A stretch of DNA of 34,299 bases, from the NCBI GenBank assembly GCA_003345595.1, contig PRDI01000022.1, positions 1-34,299 on the forward strand. The letters run 5' to 3'. A program made the position numbers and the translations under genes. Numbering within the stretch: the stretch's first letter is position 1; each line of letters begins with the position of its first letter. This DNA comes from Candidatus Thorarchaeota archaeon (lineage in GTDB: Archaea; Asgardarchaeota; Thorarchaeia; Thorarchaeales; Thorarchaeaceae). Positions 28,001 to 34,299 of the stretch are shown piece after piece. Below the pieces are notes generated by a model, which was given only the letters and a program-made list of their open reading frames with translations, searched no databases and had not been told where the DNA came from.

Positions 28001-28771
28001 TCAATCATCCGAGTCACCTTGAGTCCTTATCTCGTTCCAGACTCGAGAAGCGTGCTTCTTGCAGGTAACCGCATGACGATGCCAACCACCCATTCCAGCC
28101 CTCTTTCCAGACCATGTTCGGAAGTTCTCACTCAATAGTGGAAGACAATGTTGGCTTTCTATGGGTGAACTCAGTGGGACCGCCTTCTTGAACAGACCCA
28201 GCGTGTCCTCCTTGCCGGCAATCCAAAGATCAGCCGGACTCTTGCAGTAGAAATGCGGATTCGACCTGAAGCGAGCCTGATCTTCGTCTGGTGCATGCTC
28301 GAAGCCCTCTTGAGTGAACCACCGTTCGATCTCAAACGCGCCCACAATGTATCCACCCCATTCAGGGTTTACTTGTGGATTGCGAAGAGACTTGTCAATA
28401 CTCCTGTAGTCAAGGGTAGCCAAGAAGAGAAGAATGTCGCCTTGTTGTAGCGATTCGAGTAGTGGTTCGTATCCATATCCTCGTTTCACGTGCCCATAGG
28501 TTCGAAACTTGAAGTCTGGATCGTTGTGAGCCCTCATCCGGGCCAGTTCAGGTATCAGATCTGAAAGACTTGCATTTCTGAACTCCCAGAGGTTTGCGTA
28601 CTTTGAACGAGTGTAGTCGCGCACCCGCAATTCTGCATACGTCGGCAACCGCCTGCAATTCCAACCAACCGCAGGAATCGGAAAGAACACGAAGCTTCTG
28701 TCGGGAAACACCAACCCTCTCATCCCGCCGCTCAACCCGACGTTTATCACTACCAGCTTCAATAGATTCAA
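28001..28771 (-). CDS. Nmad3-like (nucleotide modification-associated domain 3) protein
   Basis: INVG...RGLVFPDRSFVFFPIP, PTYAEL, HNDPDF..RTYG, GDILLFLATL, WGGYIVG and NPH; family recognised from memory. Confidence 0.7.
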   Translation of the reverse strand: MNLLKLVVINVGLSGGMRGLVFPDRSFVFFPIPAVGWNCRRLPTYAELRVRDYTRSKYANLWEFRNASLSDLIPELARMRAHNDPDFKFRTYGHVKRGYGYEPLLESLQQGDILLFLATLDYRSIDKSLRNPQVNPEWGGYIVGAFEIERWFTQEGFEHAPDEDQARFRSNPHFYCKSPADLWIAGKEDTLGLFKKAVPLSSPIESQHCLPLLSENFRTWSGKRAGMGGWHRHAVTCKKHASRVWNEIRTQGDSDD

Positions 28772-29121
28772 CCCTTCTCTTGAAATGGAACACCACAGAG
28801 TGTCTTGAGCCTTACTCTGCCAGTCAAGACAGTGGCGCTCTGCCTAGAAACGGAATTGATCGCCAAACTCGACAGCCCGCCATGACTTATCTTGTGATCT
28901 CGATGAATCATGAAATCAAGATCCACGTACAGATGAGATATCTGCCAGCCAGCTGTGCCACCAGTACATGGAACTCGATGACTTGGTCCGGCTCTTTCGA
29001 GCCAAATGACAACAGCGGCTAACAGCGAGGCTCGCGACAGGTACGTCATAGCCTGTGACCGATGTCAAGGTTTATTAGAAAATGCAGTAGTTCACCATAG
29101 TTAAATGAGGAGCTGATTCCG

Positions 29122-29808
29122 ATGTCCCAGAAAGCAAAGAGAACGAAACAGGTCATTGAGAAGAGAGCAACCATGAGAATCGCGCTGATTGGAATCGGTC
29201 ATGTCGGCAGAGCTCTGGCGGAGCACTGGAGCAAGGCGGGTCATGAGATCTGGCTGGCTAGTGACAGAAAGGATTCACCAAGCGTCGAGGAAGCTCTGAG
29301 GGCACATCCAGACTGGAAGCGTGCAGGTGTGCAGGAAGCGGTGAATCAGGTCGATGCGGTCGTACTTGCGGTTCCTTTTGATGCCGTGTCGAGTGCCATC
29401 TCTGGTGTGCGCTTCGGTGGCAAACTCCTGATCGACTGCACCAATCCAATCGGTCCAGGATTCACCCACGCTCTGAAGAGCGAACGCTCAGGCTCTGAGT
29501 TTGTCCAGGAATTGGTGCCAGATGCACATGTAGTCAAAGCCTTCAACATCTATGGGTATGAGAACCTCGTTCAGGTCCCGCAGGACGGTTCAGGCCGACG
29601 ACCCGTGATGTTAATGGCTGGCAATGATTCCGGTGCCAAGGCAGTGGCTTCGAACCTGATTGCCGACGTCGGTTTTGAAGCAAAAGACACTGGTCCTCTC
29701 AATCAGGCTCTGCATCTGGAGCACATGACTCTGCTCTGGGTCAAGATGGTCAGGAACCAAGGTCATACGTCACATTTCGTATGGGCCTATGTGGAACAGA
29801 AGCCATGA
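29122..29808 (+). CDS. NADPH-dependent F420 reductase-like (F420_oxidored family) dinucleotide-binding enzyme
   Basis: IGIGHVG, VLAVP, IDCTNP, VVKAFN and DTGPL..A..LE motifs. Confidence 0.92.
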   Translation: MSQKAKRTKQVIEKRATMRIALIGIGHVGRALAEHWSKAGHEIWLASDRKDSPSVEEALRAHPDWKRAGVQEAVNQVDAVVLAVPFDAVSSAISGVRFGGKLLIDCTNPIGPGFTHALKSERSGSEFVQELVPDAHVVKAFNIYGYENLVQVPQDGSGRRPVMLMAGNDSGAKAVASNLIADVGFEAKDTGPLNQALHLEHMTLLWVKMVRNQGHTSHFVWAYVEQKP

Positions 29809-29941
29809 GGACAGCTTCTTTGAGTCTGAACATCTTGGTAACTAGGAAGCGATATGGCAGCTGACCTTGGCTAGCCCGCCTGCTTCTTGGACCGCCAACA
29901 ATCGCTCCTCGTCAACATTGCTAGTACTCGTCTTCAGAGTG

Positions 29942-30014
29942 AGGACTCGCCCATCGCTCACCAGCAAGATTGAGAAATCTGATATTGGTCCTTCAGATTG
30001 ACCGTCTGCCGCCA
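29942..30014 (+). repeat. tRNA-iMet 3' fragment, copy 9 (most degenerate), with a related intron-like insert
   Basis: aggactc [gcccatcgctcaccagcaagattgaga] aatctgatattggtccttcagattgaccgtctgccgcca followed by tct. Confidence 0.7.
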
Positions 30015-30055
30015 TCTGATTCTCTGAAGAGATGCGTTTCTGTTGGTGTGTTTAT

Positions 30056-30607
30056 TCAGATCTTGTGCTTCCGCACGACCTCATCCTGAATGATGCTAAA
30101 GACTCTGTCATACAACGTGCGCCCCTCTATGCCGTCACAGAACTCATAGTACTCCGCCTTTGCCATCAGATAGTCAAAGTACCTTGGAAGGACATCGACC
30201 TTCCTCAGTTTCCGGTCGATACAGAACCTCAGTTTCTTCAGGGCGTTCTCGATGCCCAGGTGTCCACACAGGAACCCGACCTCGAAAATCACGGCATGTG
30301 GAGAGCCCTGCTTTGTGAAGAGAGCTACAATCACATCGGGATTGATCCTATCCAGTATTCCCTCGAACTTGGTGTTGATATCGATAGCAGTGACAGGCCC
30401 CAACTCCTCCATTATGAATACCTGACAACCGGCTCCCCTCAGGCGGTTGGCTAGGCTCTTTCTCGTTTCAAGCTGATCTGGCGGATAGCCTGGCCCGAGG
30501 AGAAGCACGCACACATCTGGCAGGTGCTTCTTGAGCTTGGCACTGAAACTGGTGGCCTCTGCATCCCACTCTTCTCTGGCGGATGTCCCTCTCCCACGAT
30601 TCGTCAT
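30056..30607 (-). CDS. Hypothetical protein with TIR / nucleoside-deoxyribosyltransferase-like fold
   Basis: VLLLGPG...R..L...L...G..VFIMEE...DVIVALF...GS...IFEVG pattern; start reset using CTTAAATA about 25 nt upstream. Confidence 0.6.
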   Translation of the reverse strand: MTNRGRGTSAREEWDAEATSFSAKLKKHLPDVCVLLLGPGYPPDQLETRKSLANRLRGAGCQVFIMEELGPVTAIDINTKFEGILDRINPDVIVALFTKQGSPHAVIFEVGFLCGHLGIENALKKLRFCIDRKLRKVDVLPRYFDYLMAKAEYYEFCDGIEGRTLYDRVFSIIQDEVVRKHKI

Positions 30608-30964
30608 ATTCATTGAACGATTGTCATTGATATTTAAGCACGGACACGAATGTTGGTGCTCAACCCGGACTTTGGAGGGGAACATGTTGGGCGGACAGTC
30701 AAAGGGCCTCATGGCAGATGATACGAACGACTCTGACGCGTTTCTCTTCGCAAGTAGCATACATGATACTTAGATTTATAAATGCTACTTAGTAACATAC
30801 GCGTAATCATGCGCGCCGCGTGACAATGCATACACGAGAAGGCCGGATACACACTACATGCAATCACACGCCCCACACACTGCGGTGTCCAGAAACAGAC
30901 TGACAGTCTGCAGCAGAAACCGGAATCTGAGAAACCCTACATAACAAAGGAGAACGGACAGAGG

Positions 30965-31279
30965 ATGGACGCTAGAGATGTAATACTTCACCTGTTCGAG
31001 AATGAGAGGCTCCGCAGAGTACTGATTCAGCTGTACGAAGGAAAAAAGTCATTCACGGCACTGAGAGGGGAGGCAAGGGTTGGCAGCAATGCCACTCTGT
31101 CCAGAGACCTCGAATTCCTAGATTCTGCGGGACTGATTGTCAACATATTCCAGAGGACTGACGAAGGATCGTATTCATACTACGAACTGAACTCATACGG
31201 CAAGAGAGTCGCGCAGATTGTCCTCGAACTGGAGAGGACGCTAGACAAGAAACTAGGCGAAACGCTTGTTGCTCAATAG
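30965..31279 (+). CDS. Winged-helix transcriptional regulator (HxlR/ArsR-like)
   Basis: KSFTALR...ATLSRDLEFLDSAGLI...YYELNSYG. Confidence 0.85.
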   Translation: MDARDVILHLFENERLRRVLIQLYEGKKSFTALRGEARVGSNATLSRDLEFLDSAGLIVNIFQRTDEGSYSYYELNSYGKRVAQIVLELERTLDKKLGETLVAQ

Positions 31280-31284
31280 GTGCT

Positions 31285-31536
31285 ATGGGATTGTTCGGGG
31301 CAGGACGGTACAGACAGCTCTGGGTGGGTGAGAGATATCGCGGCCAAGGCTATGGGCACGACTTGCTTGCCAGTGCTGAGAGCCTTGCAAAGGAAGTCGG
31401 CTGCGCATCATGCTTGACGTGGTGCTTCTCGTTCCAGTCGCTTGGTTTCTTTGACAAACCCGGGTTCAGGACCTTCATGGTTTCTGATGCATATCCAGAC
31501 CCGGCCAGGGAGCACTTTCTACTCAAGAGGATGTAG
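31285..31536 (+). pseudogene. GNAT acetyltransferase, C-terminal half only
   Basis: LWV.ERYRGQGYG..LL..AE..AKE.GC and FSFQS.GFF motifs; N-terminal half absent. Confidence 0.75.
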
Positions 31537-31665
31537 ATCTCACACTGGCTCTTGCTGCTGGACTGTAGAATCTCTGCCGCATGAGAAAGCCAAGGGCAGA
31601 CGTAGCTCTCATGCCAGACTGCAGATGCGGCCCTCGAGTGTCCTGCGCACCACAATGATGGACTA

Positions 31666-31941
31666 TCATCGGGACTTGTCAAAGTCGTCGAGAATCTTCC
31701 TCACCGTGTCGCCGTATTCGAATTCACCAAAACATTCCTCGCACGTCGGTTCACCGGCTCCTTCATACCCATCGGATTTGTCTTCAACCCTCATGTACCG
31801 ACCACGACCCATATAGAATTCGGAAAGACCACACGCTGTCACAAGGCAGCCCTTCTGCTTTTCATCCGGGTGAGCAAGATGTGTGATGCCCGTGATGATA
31901 TCAACGACCAGGACCCAGTCCGGCTTTTTCGTTCCGCTCAT
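31666..31941 (-). CDS. Small putative Zn-binding protein
   Basis: THL...TACG...PTCEEC; start set at MSGTKK. Confidence 0.6.
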   Translation of the reverse strand: MSGTKKPDWVLVVDIITGITHLAHPDEKQKGCLVTACGLSEFYMGRGRYMRVEDKSDGYEGAGEPTCEECFGEFEYGDTVRKILDDFDKSR

Positions 31942-32107
31942 CGTGCCCCATCTCACTTGAAGGACGAGGACTGTCTGAGCCTCCATTATTGTATCTTGTG
32001 CTGCCTCTGGGGCTGCCTGTGGTCAAACACCGATCTCCATCCTCACTTCATCTATGAGCATCAGAGCGAGCGCAGCAGCCGGAGCCTAGCGGCACTGCGA
32101 GAGATAC

Positions 32108-32362
32108 ATGGTGGGTCATTTACACAAGAAGCTTGATTTGATGGGGTACCTAGCGACTCTCCGAATCTGTACCTCGGCTCGTCCACCTGCCCCGTCGGCG
32201 AGAAGATTCAATGGCACAAGAGACCCCACTACCACAATCTACGGATTGTGTGGTCAGAAGGCTTAACTACTCATCAGACTTCGTTGGATAGAAGAGCCCA
32301 TCTGAGCAACATGTCGCAAAGGGCGGAGGCTTCCAAGACCCGGAAGAAGTGGAGATTCAACA
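32108..32362 (+). repeat. Conserved ~255-bp upstream segment, copy B
   Basis: Homolog of 18040-18295. Confidence 0.8.
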
Positions 32363-33028
32363 ATGTTGACAGTAGCTCCTGCCCTCTTTCACGGCACAGT
32401 CATCTTGGAGGTGATTGTTCTTTATTGCCTCAATAGCAGAACCGGCTGGGTCAACAAGAGGCGGACACGCAGACTTGTAATTGTGATCTCCGCGTCGGTC
32501 CTGCTGGCCATACAGGTACCTCTCACCTGTGACATGATTTCCTACGAACAGGGTGACATAGGATACTCCTTCCCGGATGGGGACTGGCCATACGACGAAT
32601 ACGTTCAGGTCGAACCAGGAGAAACTCAGAAGCTTGGGACAGTCTCGAACTGGAACACGCTTATCTACTTAGAGGCCCTTACTAGTCCGTCAGTTGGCAA
32701 TGCTACATTCTATTTCTTGGATGAGAATCTGCCCGATGCCAAGTACACGGCCGAGAACTTCTCATGGAATGGCTATTTCCGGCTTCCCTATCGATATACG
32801 AGCCTGTTCGTCATTGCGAACTGGACAGCGAATCTGTACAACCCAAGTGGAACAGAGCCGGCCACGGTACGTGTAGAGATTCACACCTGGGTGATTGAGT
32901 GGGACAATGTGTTCGGTGAAGCGCTCTTCACAATCTGGTGGCACGTGCTACCGCTCATCATTCTTCCAGTTCTCTGGGTATACGTTGGGCTGTCACTGCT
33001 TCTCACAAAACCGACCAATACCACATAG
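32363..33028 (+). CDS. Hypothetical membrane-anchored protein, paralog of 18296-19054
   Basis: Shared motifs; N- and C-terminal TM segments. Confidence 0.78.
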   Translation: MLTVAPALFHGTVILEVIVLYCLNSRTGWVNKRRTRRLVIVISASVLLAIQVPLTCDMISYEQGDIGYSFPDGDWPYDEYVQVEPGETQKLGTVSNWNTLIYLEALTSPSVGNATFYFLDENLPDAKYTAENFSWNGYFRLPYRYTSLFVIANWTANLYNPSGTEPATVRVEIHTWVIEWDNVFGEALFTIWWHVLPLIILPVLWVYVGLSLLLTKPTNTT

Positions 33029-33142
33029 GAGTGATCGAACTCGGACCTTGGCTATCTGTCGATTGCCACTGCTACGCGTGGGAGTCTAGACATCAGGAGG
33101 ACCTCTCCCTTCTCTCAGGTCCACCATCAAACGTATTCGTAT

Positions 33143-33736
33143 TCATTGAAACCGTGATGTGAACCAGTATTCGTGTGATTCCGTTCGGGCATCTCTGAAC
33201 CCCGCTTCAAGGGCTAACTGGTTAATGAGTTCCGGAGCCTGCTCTTTCTTTTCTCCTCTCACTCCATATCCTGTATAGACCCTTTCTTCACCTGGTAGAC
33301 TGGCTTCTACAAACACGATGTATGGATCTGGTTTCTCACGAATGATCGCATCCCACAAGTACAGCGATCCTTCCGGTTTGAGAACCCTCTTAGCCTCTAT
33401 CATGACGGCATGCTTTCTCTCGAGCGTCTTCATGTACATGAGCGAAAAGAAGAATGTGGCTACGTCAAAAAGGCCACTTCCGAAAGGCATGGCGCGAGCG
33501 TCACATAAGACCCAATTGGCGACTGCGCCTCTGGACCTAGCCTCATCAATCTCTCTCTTACTGATATCCACACACACGGTTTCCTTTCCGCATGTCTTGG
33601 CCATGATACCCTCTCCACCAGCGCCAATGTCTACGACAAGACCTTCTAGTCTTTCAAGGGAAACCTTCACCTTCGGTCTTCTGGAGAGTCTGACAAGGCT
33701 CCTCATGAGGAGATTCTTGATGACAGTGTTCACCAC
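33143..33736 (-). CDS. Class I SAM-dependent methyltransferase
   Basis: VVDIGAGGEG, VDIS, CDARAMPF...FD and RVLKPEG motifs. Confidence 0.9.
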   Translation of the reverse strand: MVNTVIKNLLMRSLVRLSRRPKVKVSLERLEGLVVDIGAGGEGIMAKTCGKETVCVDISKREIDEARSRGAVANWVLCDARAMPFGSGLFDVATFFFSLMYMKTLERKHAVMIEAKRVLKPEGSLYLWDAIIREKPDPYIVFVEASLPGEERVYTGYGVRGEKKEQAPELINQLALEAGFRDARTESHEYWFTSRFQ

Positions 33737-33860
33737 CTTCTCTTTCGTGCTGGTTCGCCACTGCTGTTTCAGGCTGTGTTAATAATCTATGGAGTAACTC
33801 TGATCAGATGCGTCAGAGCCACCTACCTTCTTGCCAGAACTTCACGTACCGTTCATTGTA

Positions 33861-34014
33861 AGTTGGACAAAGTTGAACACAGGAGTCTTTGTCCTCCCAG
33901 AAACGGCACTGGGGTCGTGCTCCTCAAAGCCGGAATGTGTGGAGCCAGCCTCAAAGAGATGTATGGTTCGAGCTGTTCAGGTCCCCAGTACAGAATGTCC
34001 AAGATTGTCCAACT
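33861..34014. repeat. 154-bp element, copy B
   Basis: AGTTGGACAA-AGTTGAACAC ... ATGTCCAAGA-TTGTCCAACT; constant 30006-bp offset from copy A over 3842-4034. Confidence 0.9.
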
Positions 34015-34299
34015 TTCAGGCAGGTGCTACCTATTCTGAGGACATGATACCCTCCTAGCGAACAAGCATAGAGATACGAGACATGAACACAATTCGGACT
34101 GGGAGATCCTAATCTGGAATCACGGACCTCGGATGTCTATCTGAACAGGTGCATGGCTGGATGAGAATCTCGCGAATGAAATGATAGTTCTGCTCAAACC
34201 TCATGCCAGTTATGCTGATTGTACTGTATTTTCTCCTAGAGCAGATGGTACTAGCGGACTAGGACGGAGGTACTCGGGTTTCCGCAAGGTGCCAAGACA

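Noticed and set aside
28594-29049. ORFs 28594-29022 (+) and 28768-29049 (-)
   Set aside because: No recognisable motifs and composition is not convincingly coding; possibly decayed sequence.
29037-29069. Possible decayed anticodon-arm copy (cagg...tcatagcctgtgacc)
   Set aside because: Three gaps and four mismatches in about 26 nt, and no acceptor end.
279-30014. CRISPR array or classical integron attC array
   Set aside because: Spacing is kilobases and irregular, the repeat is clearly tRNA-derived, there is no RYYYAAC...GTTRRRY attC structure, and no cas or intI gene.
30928-30938. tgagaaaccct resembling the intron/3' exon junction
   Set aside because: Only 11 nt, with no downstream T arm.

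Overview
Archaeal accessory region, probably Asgard/Thorarchaeota-like (inferred from the style of the NosD/Ig surface protein, the F420-linked enzymes, DUF2769 and TATA-type promoters). It holds about 33 ordinary-looking cargo genes: ABC transporters, CPBP proteases, hydrolases, methyltransferases, membrane proteins, and Nmad3-like and TIR/NDT-like proteins. No integrase, transposase or viral gene is recognisable. The main structure is non-coding. At least 9 clear and 2-3 partial degenerate copies of the 3' part of an initiator tRNA-Met gene sit at gene boundaries, all on the + strand (hand consensus ATCCCG-CAGGG-CTCATGA-CCCTG-AGATC-GGTCG-TTCAAAT-CGACC-CCCCGCT-ACCA plus a pyrimidine tail). 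They divide the window into cassettes of 1 to about 13 genes. The copies decay from left to right, and the two most distal carry a related ~30-nt insert at the canonical 37/38 intron position. A 154-bp element with paired direct and inverted 10-mers abuts the tRNA core twice. The best reading is a tRNA-iMet-anchored tandem gene-capture array of non-autonomous cassettes mobilised in trans. All alignments and counts were done by eye; no searches were run.
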